In this document: positions 1 through 9,424 of the stretch, one piece after another
How the letters are laid out: each line of letters opens with the position of its first letter
Position numbering within the stretch: position 1 is the stretch's first letter
Assembly (NCBI GenBank): GCA_958295775.1
Contig: CATQHC010000003.1
Span: 91,419-155,418 of the forward strand
Direction of reading: 5' to 3'
DNA length: 64,000 nucleotides
Source of the DNA: Chloroflexota bacterium
Lineage (GTDB): Bacteria; Chloroflexota; UBA11872; VXOZ01
The notes under the pieces: generated by a model
Database searches by the model: none
Told to the model about the DNA's origin: nothing
Seen by the model: the letters and a program-made list of their open reading frames with translations, nothing else
Translations under genes and position numbers: made by a program

Positions 1-345
1 GTCAGGAGGCAGTTTTCCGCCAGGTGTCGCGAACGGGGCTACACCGACCTTTACGTGGGCATCAGAGACCGCAGTCAACTCGGCGCATACCTGATTGCAC
101 AAGGGGCGGCGGCGCTTACCCTCGACACACAGGACCTCGCTTGGGAGAAAACTATTACGTACGGGACTGCGCTTGAACACCTGCGGCTAAAGCTCCATTC
201 GGAGTACTGGGCGCTGCCTGACGAGGTGTACGATCTAGTCCTACAAGAGGTACAAGCATGGGTGCGCGCACAGTCTGAGGGCGAGAACACAGTCGAAACG
301 ATGCGACCTAATCTGGTGGCTGAAGTATTCATTATCAGGAAGTGA
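1..345 (+). CDS. C-terminal part of a protein truncated by the window edge, possibly a class I SAM methyltransferase
   Basis: Frame 1 is open from base 1 (VRRQFSARCRERGYTDLYVGIRDRSQ...) to TGA at 345. Product assignment is weak. Confidence 0.45.
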   Translation, partial: VRRQFSARCRERGYTDLYVGIRDRSQLGAYLIAQGAAALTLDTQDLAWEKTITYGTALEHLRLKLHSEYWALPDEVYDLVLQEVQAWVRAQSEGENTVETMRPNLVAEVFIIRK

Positions 346-431
346 TAGCCGACCGGCGGTACCTCTGCGCAAGGAGAGGTTTGCGTAACTCTGACAAGCA
401 CGCGAGATTAGGCCGGTACGGTAAAGACTCA

Positions 432-565
432 CCCTCACCCCGGCCCTCTCCATCGAGAGAGAGGGTGCAGAATGCGTGAAAGAGTGAAGGCGGAGCGGCT
501 CCGGTTTCCTCTCCTGGGGGAGAGGGTTAGAGCCTGCCCCGCACTTGATACGGGGTTGAGGGGAA
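432..565. repeat. REP-like palindrome cluster, family B (CCCTCACCCCGGCCCTCTCC...GAGAGGG)
   Basis: Hairpin-forming units between convergent genes. Similar copies at ~18692-18723, 39710-39746, 59347-59383, 60503-60538 and 62532-62570. Confidence 0.8.
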
Positions 566-684
566 TCTTCTCACCTGCCGGCCTGAGTTGTGCAAGAGTC
601 TCCCATGGTAAACCGCATGCGCTGGCTTTCGGCTTGAGCCGGCATGACGGACTCTAAACCAGGTTGTGACTAACCAACGGCGCG

Positions 685-1449
685 TTACACCCCGGCTTGA
701 ACCCAGGCGCAGAGCCGGCGGTCGAGGAACTCTATGAAGGCATAGAGCGTTAGTCCCATAACGGCCATGGCGACGATCCCCGCGTACATGGCGGCGTAGT
801 CCACCCGTCCCCACGACTGCACGATAATGAAATAGCCCAGGCCGTTGTGGGTGGCAAAGGTCTCCGTGAAGAAGAGCACCGCAATCGCCGTGCCGCTGGT
901 AATGCGCAGCGCGCTCAGAATAGACGGCAGCACGGCCGGGAAGTAAACATGCCGCAGCAGGTGGCGGCGGCGCGCCCCCAGCGAGCGCACGGACAGGATC
1001 AACTCCGGCCGCACCGCATAGGCGGCGTCGCGCGTGAGCACGAGGATTTGAAAATAGAGGATCAGACTGATGATGAAGATCTTCGAGGCTTCGCCCACGC
1101 CCAGAAAGAGCATGATGATGGGCAGCAGCACGATCTTGGGCACCGGGTAGATGAGGTAGATGAGCGGGCTGAAGATGCGGTCGATCATGGGCGCTTGGCC
1201 CACGGCCATGCCCGCGGGCGCCGCGAGAATCACGGCGATGATGATGCTCAGCACCACGCGGTAGGCGCTGTAGAGCACGTGCTCCCACAGGCCGCCGGCC
1301 CACTCCCGCGCGAAAGCCTGCGCCACTACCCACGGCACCGGCAAGATCGGATTCGCGAGTACCAATGCGAACAACGCCCACACCGCCACCAACGCCACCA
1401 CCGCGGCGATCAGAAACGGCAGCGTAATGCGGGAACGCGGTGCGACCAT
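685..1449 (-). CDS. ABC transporter permease, NitT/TauT/SsuC family
   Basis: 254 aa hydrophobic protein with PVPKIVLLP, an EAA-like loop (SVRSLGARRRHLLRHVYFPAVLPSI) and GLGYFI motifs. Confidence 0.9.
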   Translation of the reverse strand: MVAPRSRITLPFLIAAVVALVAVWALFALVLANPILPVPWVVAQAFAREWAGGLWEHVLYSAYRVVLSIIIAVILAAPAGMAVGQAPMIDRIFSPLIYLIYPVPKIVLLPIIMLFLGVGEASKIFIISLILYFQILVLTRDAAYAVRPELILSVRSLGARRRHLLRHVYFPAVLPSILSALRITSGTAIAVLFFTETFATHNGLGYFIIVQSWGRVDYAAMYAGIVAMAVMGLTLYAFIEFLDRRLCAWVQAGV

Positions 1450-1514
1450 AGCGATTACCTATTATCCACCCGGTGGCAGAGACACTCGTTACGCAGACCA
1501 AGCGCAAAGGTTGC

Positions 1515-1886
1515 TCACCGAGAATCCTTCCGCTCAGCATTTTCGAGCTCGGCTTGCACTTGCAACAGATGAGGCTTCACGGTGGGCATATCCACCGTTG
1601 CCACCTGCCAGACGCGTTCCACGATGACGCCAGGGTACTGATGTATCAACACGTCGCGCAAGCCGGAAATTCTACGCCATGGGATGTCAGGGTACCGCGA
1701 TCGCACGGCTTGTGGCACATGCTTTGCGGCCTCCCCAATCACCTCCAATCGGCGGAATACTGCGTCCTGCAACAAAGAATTCGCCGCGAATTCGTCTGCA
1801 GTCACGCCTGCACAGTACCTCTCTATTTTCTCAATGCACTCCAACATGTCCTGCACGTAGAGTGCGACGCTCCGTTCTCCACTCAT
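1515..1886 (-). CDS. HepT-like HEPN ribonuclease toxin (DUF86)
   Basis: DAVFRRLEVIGEAAK and IPWRRISGLRDVLIHQY (Rx4H); overlaps the MNT gene by 4 bp. Confidence 0.92.
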   Translation of the reverse strand: MSGERSVALYVQDMLECIEKIERYCAGVTADEFAANSLLQDAVFRRLEVIGEAAKHVPQAVRSRYPDIPWRRISGLRDVLIHQYPGVIVERVWQVATVDMPTVKPHLLQVQAELENAERKDSR

Positions 1887-2206
1887 AGGATCGGAACCTC
1901 ATCCCGGAGAATCCGGTCGCGCAAACGCGGCTTTATGGCAGCATATTCCACAAGGTCAACGGACCGCCCCAGTACGTCCTCCAGTTCAAGCTTTATCCCA
2001 ATGAAATCGAGCAGGCTTGCCTGCCCGTCTAGCTCGATGAGAATATCAACGTCGCTCTCCGGGGTTGCCTCACCGCGCCCATACGACCCGAAGACTCCGG
2101 CGCGCGTGACGCCGTGCCGGTGCAACACGGGCAGGACAATTTCTCGGATTTCCGCAACAGCGGTCACCTGTTCGCTATGAGATGCAGCACTCATCGCATT
2201 CCTCAC
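1883..2206 (-). CDS. Minimal nucleotidyltransferase (MntA-like) antitoxin
   Basis: VFGSYGRGEATPESDVDILIE (GSx10DxD) and LEDVLGRSVDLV. Confidence 0.92.
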   Translation of the reverse strand: MRNAMSAASHSEQVTAVAEIREIVLPVLHRHGVTRAGVFGSYGRGEATPESDVDILIELDGQASLLDFIGIKLELEDVLGRSVDLVEYAAIKPRLRDRILRDEVPIL

Positions 2207-2265
2207 TTGCCGGATACCACCGCGGCGATGCCTGCCACGGTGACTGTTCCCCGTTCAGAGACCAC

Positions 2266-2510
2266 TTACTCCCCGGTCAACTCTGGAATCCGCTCCGCAA
2301 ACTCCTGCGCCAGTTTGATAGCAGTTTCTCTGTCGCCCTGCGCCAGTTCGCCGTCTATCACAGGCTCCAGGAGATAGTCCTTTATCGGCTTGATCCACGG
2401 CCCCGGACCGCGGTCAAACATCACCATAGGATCGTTGCCGTCAAGGGGGGCTCTTCAGTTGCGCCACGTCTTCCTGGGCCTGGAGTTTGCCGCAACGGGC
2501 TTCAGGATGA
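2266..2510 (-). pseudogene. Diverged, frameshifted duplicate of the 3' end of the CCA-adding enzyme gene
   Basis: Translates as ...LQAQEDVAQLKS/PLDGNDPMVMFDRGPGPWIKPIKDYLLEPVIDGELAQGDRETAIKLAQEFAERIPELTGE*, matching the C-terminus encoded at 3413-3653. One extra base lies in the G-run near 2445-2450. Confidence 0.9.
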
Positions 2511-2565
2511 TTGCCACAGGCCACGTCATCAGGTTCGAGAGCAGCCCGGCCGCTATCCGGCGCCT

Positions 2566-2982
2566 TCATTCAACAAGGACACGCAAGAAGTCCCGCGGGC
2601 TGACGATAGCCACTCCCTGATGCCGGCCGAGCCCTTGGAGATCCCTATCTCCAGTAACCAGGTAGTCGGCTCCTCCTTTCGCTGCGGAGGCAAGCACCTG
2701 GTCATCTTCCAGGTGGGCAGCTACCCGGGGTACGCGTTCTGCTACCGAGACCACCGTAGCGTAATTGAGGACGGCCGCCGTGTAGTCGGCAATTGCCTCG
2801 CGCGACAAGCGCTCCGCAAAGTACGGCTTCATCAAGACGCGCTCTAGTTCGCCGAGAATGTACGGGGAAAGAACTACAAGAAACCCCCCAGCAAACCATA
2901 CTTCAATTACCTGCGCGATTGTGCTGTCCGAGGCTGTCGCTCCAGACGCTAAGACGTTGGTATCCAGCGTGACAGTGATCAC
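2566..2982 (-). CDS. PIN-domain (VapC-like, PIN_3) toxin
   Basis: VTLDTNVLAS, ILGELERVL and EDDQVLASAAKGGADYLVTGDRDL motifs. Confidence 0.92.
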   Translation of the reverse strand: MITVTLDTNVLASGATASDSTIAQVIEVWFAGGFLVVLSPYILGELERVLMKPYFAERLSREAIADYTAAVLNYATVVSVAERVPRVAAHLEDDQVLASAAKGGADYLVTGDRDLQGLGRHQGVAIVSPRDFLRVLVE

Positions 2983-3296
2983 GTCGATGTATCGGCGTCT
3001 CGCGCGGCTCGATTTTCTCGGCGCACTTCCTCGATTGCACGAGCAACCTCCCGCTCGATCTCCTCGCTTGGCACCCCTGTGAATGGCTCGCGCATTTGCG
3101 CAAGAACTCTAAACCGTTCCTGCCTCTCGGCCTCGATCCTCTCTAGATGTGCGAGGTCGGACGGAGAGACGAAAGCTGCAACGGGGATGCCACTGCGTTC
3201 GATTATCACACGGGTCTTCTTGTCAAAAACCTCATTGAGCAACCCGCTCAATTGCTGTCGCGCTTCCGACGCCTTCACCCTTCGCAGAAGTGCCAT
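2979..3296 (-). CDS. Phd/YefM-family antitoxin
   Basis: ASEARQQLSGLLNEV...VIIERSGIPVAAFVS; overlaps the PIN gene by 4 bp; GGAGG RBS. Confidence 0.9.
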   Translation of the reverse strand: MALLRRVKASEARQQLSGLLNEVFDKKTRVIIERSGIPVAAFVSPSDLAHLERIEAERQERFRVLAQMREPFTGVPSEEIEREVARAIEEVRRENRAARDADTST

Positions 3297-3317
3297 CAGT
3301 TGCCTCCTTTCTTTTTA

Positions 3318-3344
3318 TGTACTATATTGTACGTTATAGTACAA
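3318..3344 (-). promoter_or_regulatory. Palindromic operator/promoter of the Phd-PIN module
   Basis: TGTACTATA-N8-TATAGTACA inverted repeat with a further internal TGTAC, just upstream of the antitoxin. TGTAC cores are typical of Phd/YefM operators. Confidence 0.65.
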
Positions 3345-3412
3345 GTCTGTTCATTTGGCGACGGCTGTGGTCGGCCTAACCCTCGTCGCTGCCCAGAGCG
3401 AGTAGTATCACC

Positions 3413-4819
3413 TTAAGCCCCAAACACCTCCGAATTCTGGTCCGCGAACTCCTGCGCTAGCTTAGTGGCTGTTTCTCTATCGTCCTGCGCCAGTTCGCCG
3501 TCTATCACAAGCTCCAGCAGGTAGTCCTTAATCGGTTTGATCCAAGGCCCCGGTCGGCGGTCGAACATGATCATGAGGTCATTGCCGTCCAGGGGACTTT
3601 TCAACTGGGCCACGTCCTCCTGGGCCTGGAGCTCGCGGCAGCGGGCCTCCAGGTGGTTCACGCGAGCCACGCCGGCTTCCACGCGGGAGCGGCGGTAGCT
3701 GGTGATGTCGGCGCGGGAGAGAGCGAACAGGTCGTCTGTGATCCCCTCGGTCTCGCGCAAGAAGCGGCGCACGGCGCCGTCGGTCCAGTCCGGTGTGTAG
3801 AGGTTCGGGCGCAGATGTTCCGCCACCAAGCGTTGAATGCGCTCGCTGCTGTCCCGGTCAAAGCGCAAACGCCGTAGGATGCGCCGCGCCATGCGGGCGC
3901 CCACCGTCTCGTGCCGGAAGAAGTGCACCTTGCCGCCCTGCACCGACTTCGTTTTCGGTTTCCCGATGTCGTGCAGCAGCGCCGCCCAGCGCAGCAGCGG
4001 CGTAGCCGGCGCGTTCTCCACCACTTTGAGCGTGTGGCCGAACACGTCCTTGTGGCGCCGGTCGTCTTGGCTCGTGCCCCGCAACGGCAGCAGCTCCGGC
4101 ATGACGACTGCCGCCAGCCCCGCATCGCAGAGTATTTCCAAACTGCCCGCGGGCCGCTCCGCCACCAGCAAGCGCGTCATCTCCACGGCGATGCGTTCCG
4201 TACTTACGTGCTCCAATGCGCGCGCCTGTTCCCGCATCGCCGCGAGCGTCGCGGCATCGATGTGAAAACCGAGCTCGGCAGCAAAGCGCAGGGCGCGCAA
4301 CATGCGCAACGGGTCTTCGCGAAACCGTGCCGCGGGATCGCCCACTGCTCGAATGAGACCCCGCTGCAGGTCCTGCAGGCCGTGAAAGGGATCGAGCATG
4401 CCGCCGGTGGTCGGCTCCTGCGCGATCGCATTGATGGTAAAGTCGCGCCGCGACAGGTCATCTTCCAGATTCGTGCCGAAGGTCACGGCGGGCTTGCGGC
4501 TGGCAAAGGCATATTCTTCGCTGCGATACGTGGTGATTTCCACCACCCACTCGCCAAACGTGGCGCCAATCGTGCCGAATTTCTCGCCCACGTCGTAGCG
4601 CGAATCGGGCTGCGCTTGCGCGAGCAGCCGCTTGATAACAGGCGGGTGCGCATCCGTGGCAAAATCCAGATCGTGAGTGGGGCGGTGCAACAGCCCATCG
4701 CGCACGGAGCCGCCGACAAGATACAATTCGTGCCCGGCCTCGCCAAACTGCGCCGCCAAGGTGCGCAGTATCGGCGCATCTACCAGGTTTGCCACCACGC
4801 TTGTACCGTGTACAGACAC
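3413..4819 (-). CDS. cca: CCA tRNA nucleotidyltransferase with HD domain
   Basis: LVGGSVRD, DLDFAT, DLSRRDFTINAIA, FREDPLRMLRA and ALLHDIGKP motifs. Confidence 0.92.
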   Translation of the reverse strand: MSVHGTSVVANLVDAPILRTLAAQFGEAGHELYLVGGSVRDGLLHRPTHDLDFATDAHPPVIKRLLAQAQPDSRYDVGEKFGTIGATFGEWVVEITTYRSEEYAFASRKPAVTFGTNLEDDLSRRDFTINAIAQEPTTGGMLDPFHGLQDLQRGLIRAVGDPAARFREDPLRMLRALRFAAELGFHIDAATLAAMREQARALEHVSTERIAVEMTRLLVAERPAGSLEILCDAGLAAVVMPELLPLRGTSQDDRRHKDVFGHTLKVVENAPATPLLRWAALLHDIGKPKTKSVQGGKVHFFRHETVGARMARRILRRLRFDRDSSERIQRLVAEHLRPNLYTPDWTDGAVRRFLRETEGITDDLFALSRADITSYRRSRVEAGVARVNHLEARCRELQAQEDVAQLKSPLDGNDLMIMFDRRPGPWIKPIKDYLLELVIDGELAQDDRETATKLAQEFADQNSEVFGA

Positions 4820-5372
4820 TTTGACTCTCTTGCCCTATTACAGTGTTGCTCTTGTTCGCACCATGCCGCGCGATACTCTCAGCCGCGCCAACCGCGGGTG
4901 CCGGTTCCTCACAACCGCCCAAGCAAGGGCTTTGTGGGTAAGACGCCGCGACCTTTTCGCGGCTTTTCATCCATTCCCCGCTGCCAGCCGCCGCAGGCCC
5001 AACGCAATCTCATGATAGCACGGTGTTCGGTCTTTCCGGCTGCATAGATGGCCTGCCAAGTATCGTGTCACGCGCTCCCCCATCGGTCTGCGCCGCGGGC
5101 ACGCTGTACGCCTGCTTTTCCGGATATCACTCTAGAGCGCCATACGGGGCCGGTTCGCTGCCGCACGTCACGCGCAGGTTGCACCTGCCGCGCCGGTCGG
5201 TACAATGAGGATTGGAACACTGGCGGCGCGCCGGGGCGGCAGGCATGACTCAGAGTAGACTGGCCGGAAGAATGATGAGGCATACACTGACCGCACGCCG
5301 GCCGGCTCACTCGTGCTGTGTACCCTTGCAATACTGACGTTTCGCTGCCAACAAGCGCTAAAGGTTTGATCA

Positions 5373-7385
5373 ATGCCGCGTGACTTGCCTGTAGGAAACG
5401 GGCGTCTGCTCGTCTGCTACGACAGCAACTACCGTATCCGGGACATCTACTACCCTCACGTCGGTCAAGAGGACCATACCGGCGGACAACCCTTTCAATT
5501 CGGCGTCTGGGTGGACGGACAGTTCGCGTGGATCCATGACGCTTCCTGGCGCAAGTCGTTGCGCTATAAGGATGACACCTTAGTCACGCACGTGACCGCG
5601 CAGAACGACCGCCTGCGCCTGCAACTCACGCTCAATGACGCTGTTGATTACAGCCGGGATGTCTTCCTGCGTCGCATCACCGTGGAAAACCAGGCGGACA
5701 CCGAGCGCGAAGTCCGTCTATTCTTCCACCATAACTTCTCTCTCCGCGGCACGAGCATCGGGGATACCGCGTATTACGATCCGCGCCACCGCGCCCTCAT
5801 TCACTACAAAGGGAAGACCTTCTTCTGGATGAACGTGATGAGCGGCCCGGACATTGGGCTGGACTCTTATGCCACCGGCACGAAGAACGTCGGCGGGCTC
5901 GAAGGCACCTGGCGCGACGCCGAGGACGGCAATCTGGAAGGCAATCCGATTGCGCAGGGATCCGTTGACAGCACCGGGTCAGTGAACGTTACGGTTGCAG
6001 GACAAGAAACCGCAACCGTGTACTACTGGATGGCCGTCGGTTCCGATGCCATGCAGGTGGAAGAAATCGAACGGCACATGCGCCAGGTCGGCCCCGCGGC
6101 GGTGCTCTACCGCACACAGGAATACTGGCGGCATTGGGTACGTAAGGAAGGATTCTCCCTCGCCGACCTGCCGCCTGAAATTGGCGCGCTCTTCAATCGC
6201 AGTCTGCTCACCATCCAGACCCAAACCGACCATGAGGGCGCGATTCTGGCCGCCAACGACAATGACATTGCGCAGTTCGGCCGCGATACCTATTCCTACA
6301 TGTGGCCCCGCGACGGCGCTCTTGTCGCCTATGCGCTGAGCCGCGCCGGCTACGGCGAGATTTCGCGGCGCTTCTTCAACTTCTGCCTGCGCACCATAAC
6401 CCCCCAGGGCTACATGATGCACAAGTACAACCCCGACGGGTCCGTTGGCTCCTCGTGGCATCCCTGGGCCGCGCCCGACGGTTCCCGCCAACACCCGATT
6501 CAAGAGGACGAGACGGCGCTCGTCCTCTGGGCATTGTGGCAGCACTTTGAAAAGTACTGGGATATCGAGTTCATCAAGCCGTTCTATGCCTCGTTCATCA
6601 AGCCTGCCGCGCAGTTCATGAGTCTCTACCGGGACCTTACCACCGGTCTGCCGGTGCCGTCCTATGACCTCTGGGAAGAGCGCCACGGCGTGCACGCGCA
6701 CACGGTCGCCACCGTCTACGCGGGGCTCCAGGCGGCGGCGAATTTTACGGAAGCCTTTGGTGAGAACACTTACACAGAGAGCTACCGGCGTACCGCCGCA
6801 GAGCTTAAAGAAGCCGCATTTCGGCATATGATCAACCCGGACACCGGCCTGTTTTCCCGCATGGTGACGCCGCTTCCCGATGGTACGGTGCGGCACGATC
6901 AAACGATTGACAGCGCGACCTATGCCCTCTGGTACTTCGGCATGCTTGCCCCCGACGACCCGCTGGTGATAAAGATGATGGAGACTGTGCGGGACCGCCT
7001 GTGGGTGAAGACAGACGTTGGCGGCCTCGCTCGCTACGAGAACGACTACTACCACCAGATTACCAACAACATAGCCGTTGTGCCCGGTAACCCTTGGTTC
7101 ATCTGTACCCTGTGGCTTGCCGAGTGGTATATCGCCAAGGCCACGTCCCTAGAAGACTTGGAACCGGCCAAGGAAATCCTGCTCTGGGTCGAACAACGCC
7201 GCCTTGAGAGCGGCTGCCTTGCCGAGCAGGTCCACCCGTTCACCAACGCGCCGCTCAGCGTCTCACCACTGACCTGGAGCCATGCTACGGTTGTTATGAC
7301 GGTCAATGCGTATGTAGACAAATACAGTCAACTCCAGACACCCATAGAGTCGGAAGTCCCCACCTTGGATCCGGTGCGTCAGTAG
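5373..7385 (+). CDS. Glycoside hydrolase family 15 (glucoamylase-like)
   Basis: YSYMWPRDG, QEDETAL, YDLWEE, LAEQV and SPLTWSHA motifs. Confidence 0.92.
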   Translation: MPRDLPVGNGRLLVCYDSNYRIRDIYYPHVGQEDHTGGQPFQFGVWVDGQFAWIHDASWRKSLRYKDDTLVTHVTAQNDRLRLQLTLNDAVDYSRDVFLRRITVENQADTEREVRLFFHHNFSLRGTSIGDTAYYDPRHRALIHYKGKTFFWMNVMSGPDIGLDSYATGTKNVGGLEGTWRDAEDGNLEGNPIAQGSVDSTGSVNVTVAGQETATVYYWMAVGSDAMQVEEIERHMRQVGPAAVLYRTQEYWRHWVRKEGFSLADLPPEIGALFNRSLLTIQTQTDHEGAILAANDNDIAQFGRDTYSYMWPRDGALVAYALSRAGYGEISRRFFNFCLRTITPQGYMMHKYNPDGSVGSSWHPWAAPDGSRQHPIQEDETALVLWALWQHFEKYWDIEFIKPFYASFIKPAAQFMSLYRDLTTGLPVPSYDLWEERHGVHAHTVATVYAGLQAAANFTEAFGENTYTESYRRTAAELKEAAFRHMINPDTGLFSRMVTPLPDGTVRHDQTIDSATYALWYFGMLAPDDPLVIKMMETVRDRLWVKTDVGGLARYENDYYHQITNNIAVVPGNPWFICTLWLAEWYIAKATSLEDLEPAKEILLWVEQRRLESGCLAEQVHPFTNAPLSVSPLTWSHATVVMTVNAYVDKYSQLQTPIESEVPTLDPVRQ

Positions 7386-7469
7386 CAACGCCCAACTATC
7401 CCGCCAGACCGCCTCAACATAATCTCTCCTCTCAACCTTATGCCTACCTGTGAGTTCGCCGACAGCGAT

Positions 7470-7840
7470 TTATGTGGATAACTAGCACTTATGCGGTGGA
7501 TAAATTGCCCGAAATGGGGATATCCTAGGTCTGGAGCGGAATCTCGACGATTCTGCCAACTTGACCGTTGCCGCTGTATGCGGCGAAAAGTCTTGCGTTA
7601 CCTGGGGAAAGATACGGCTCGGATTGAGATATCAAGTGGGGAAAGAAAGCTGCCTTTTCCCCACTTCCGCGACTTTACCTGTCTTGCACCAGATTCCACC
7701 TTCCTTACCGGCATCCTTTACCCTCTTTTCAACCGACTTATCCTGTGTTCAAGACCGCTCTACGACAGTCTCTGGAGCGCTTTTCCCCGCTATCTACAGC
7801 CCTGATGAAGATTATTAAGAGATTCTTAATAATTCAACCC
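7470..7840. other. Probable chromosomal replication origin (oriC)
   Basis: Perfect DnaA box TGTGGATAA at 7473-7481. Near-boxes at 7495, 7515, 7603, 7637, 7655, 7781 and 7790. These are followed by ACAGCCC, trinucleotide repeats (CTG ATG AAG ATT ATT AAG) and an AT-rich palindrome, in a ~900-bp non-coding gap. Confidence 0.72.
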
Positions 7841-8298
7841 TTCTCAAGTCGTCTTGCCCTGTGTTCACCCTTAGTTTCAGCCCGGTATAGAACGTCCAGT
7901 TCACCCAAGCGCTGGCCGCGCAGCTAGGCAGACGCATTAGGCAGAGTGCGTGAGGTCGATTTAGGTAATTTACCTTGATCAGGGAGCGAAATAGCGGCAG
8001 CGCGGTTGACAGGAAAGAAAACAGGAGAGTGCGGACGGTTTCTACAGCAAGCGGCGGATGCATACCACGATAGTAGCTGGCAGTTATGAGTGGTCTAGGG
8101 TAGCGCTGGTGTTGGGTACACAGGAAACGCACCCGTGGTTGATCACTCAGCGTAGCAGCCGGTCGATTATACTAAGTGGTCTGAGACAAATGTTCTTACC
8201 AAGGCCGATTGGACGATACTTGGCGACCCAAGGCGATGCCACTGCGTGTGGCGGCGCATAGTGGCTCGCGCACGCGAGGTGAGGTTAGGAGCTACCGG

Positions 8299-9417
8299 AT
8301 GACGACCTCGATTAATGTGACTGAAAGGCGTGATAGCTGTGACGTGGCAGTCGCGGCCGCGGGCGCAGAGGTTGCCCGCCTGCGTATCTTAGATCGGCAG
8401 ATGCGCCTGGGCGCGGCCTGGGTGCGTATCGGCGCGATCGCTGGGGTGAAAACGAGACCGCGTCACCGCGGCCAGGGTTACGCTCGTGAGTTAATGCGGG
8501 CGACAGTCGACCACATGCGCGAGAATGGGTATGACGCCTCTATCCTTTTCGGCATACCCAATTTCTACCACAGATTTGGCTACGCGCCGGTGATGCCCGA
8601 CAAGAGCGTGGTCAGGATAAAGACAGCGGCAGGCGAAGCCTTGGCTGGAACCCTGGCGGTGCGGGAGGCACAGGCAACGGATGGGGAAGCGCTGCTCGCG
8701 ATCTATAACGCTGCGAATGTAGAGCGAACCGGAACTCTGGAACGGAAGGAATCCTCGTTCTCGCGCTGGCTTGATGACGATGACGATTGGTGGCAGGAAG
8801 AACGCCGCATAGTCGTGGCGGAGGACGGCGGCAGGCTGGTGGCGTATGCGCTGGCCGACCCCGAATGGCTGTTTGAATCGGAATGGAATATGCGCCCCTA
8901 CGAGATTGGCGTGCTGCCGGAGTATATTGGCCCTGGCACAGCGAGCTTGATCCGGGCACTGGCAGCAGAGGCAGCGGCGCGACGAGATGAGTGGCTCACC
9001 ATAGAAATGCCGGCGGATTCGCCACTGCTCGGCGTGTTGCGGCCGGTTGGGTTCACCCAGGAAATCGCATATGCGCAAAACCAGGGCGGCATGGGCCGCA
9101 TCGCGAATCTTGACGGCCTCACGCTGGCACTCAAAGACACGTTAGCAAGTCGTATGCGCAGCTCGGGACTGGCGGGGCGGGTTGGCAAGATCGAATTTAC
9201 GTGTGATACTGAGCGCGCAGAAATTGAGTTCGACGCCGGCCCGGCGCTCTCCATCAAGCTGCCCCAGCAGCACCTGCTGCAACTTCTGATGGGCTACCGT
9301 AGCATTGCGGAGTTGCGCCAGGAGTTTCCGGCCTGTGTTGACGACCAGGTTGTTGAAGTGGTCGACACGTTGTTCCCGCCGGGGCACCCGTATATGTGGC
9401 GCCTGGATCACTTCTAG
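8299..9417 (+). CDS. Eis-like GNAT acetyltransferase
   Basis: IGAIAGVKTRPRHRGQGYARELM and LFGIPNFYHRFGY motifs; AGGAG RBS before ATG 8299. Confidence 0.85.
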   Translation: MTTSINVTERRDSCDVAVAAAGAEVARLRILDRQMRLGAAWVRIGAIAGVKTRPRHRGQGYARELMRATVDHMRENGYDASILFGIPNFYHRFGYAPVMPDKSVVRIKTAAGEALAGTLAVREAQATDGEALLAIYNAANVERTGTLERKESSFSRWLDDDDDWWQEERRIVVAEDGGRLVAYALADPEWLFESEWNMRPYEIGVLPEYIGPGTASLIRALAAEAAARRDEWLTIEMPADSPLLGVLRPVGFTQEIAYAQNQGGMGRIANLDGLTLALKDTLASRMRSSGLAGRVGKIEFTCDTERAEIEFDAGPALSIKLPQQHLLQLLMGYRSIAELRQEFPACVDDQVVEVVDTLFPPGHPYMWRLDHF

Positions 9418-9424
9418 GTTGCCG

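Noticed and set aside
1515-3296. TA pairs as integron cassettes
   Set aside because: No integrase and no convincing attC (RYYYAAC...GTTRRRY) structure. The flanks are better explained by the cca 3' duplication.
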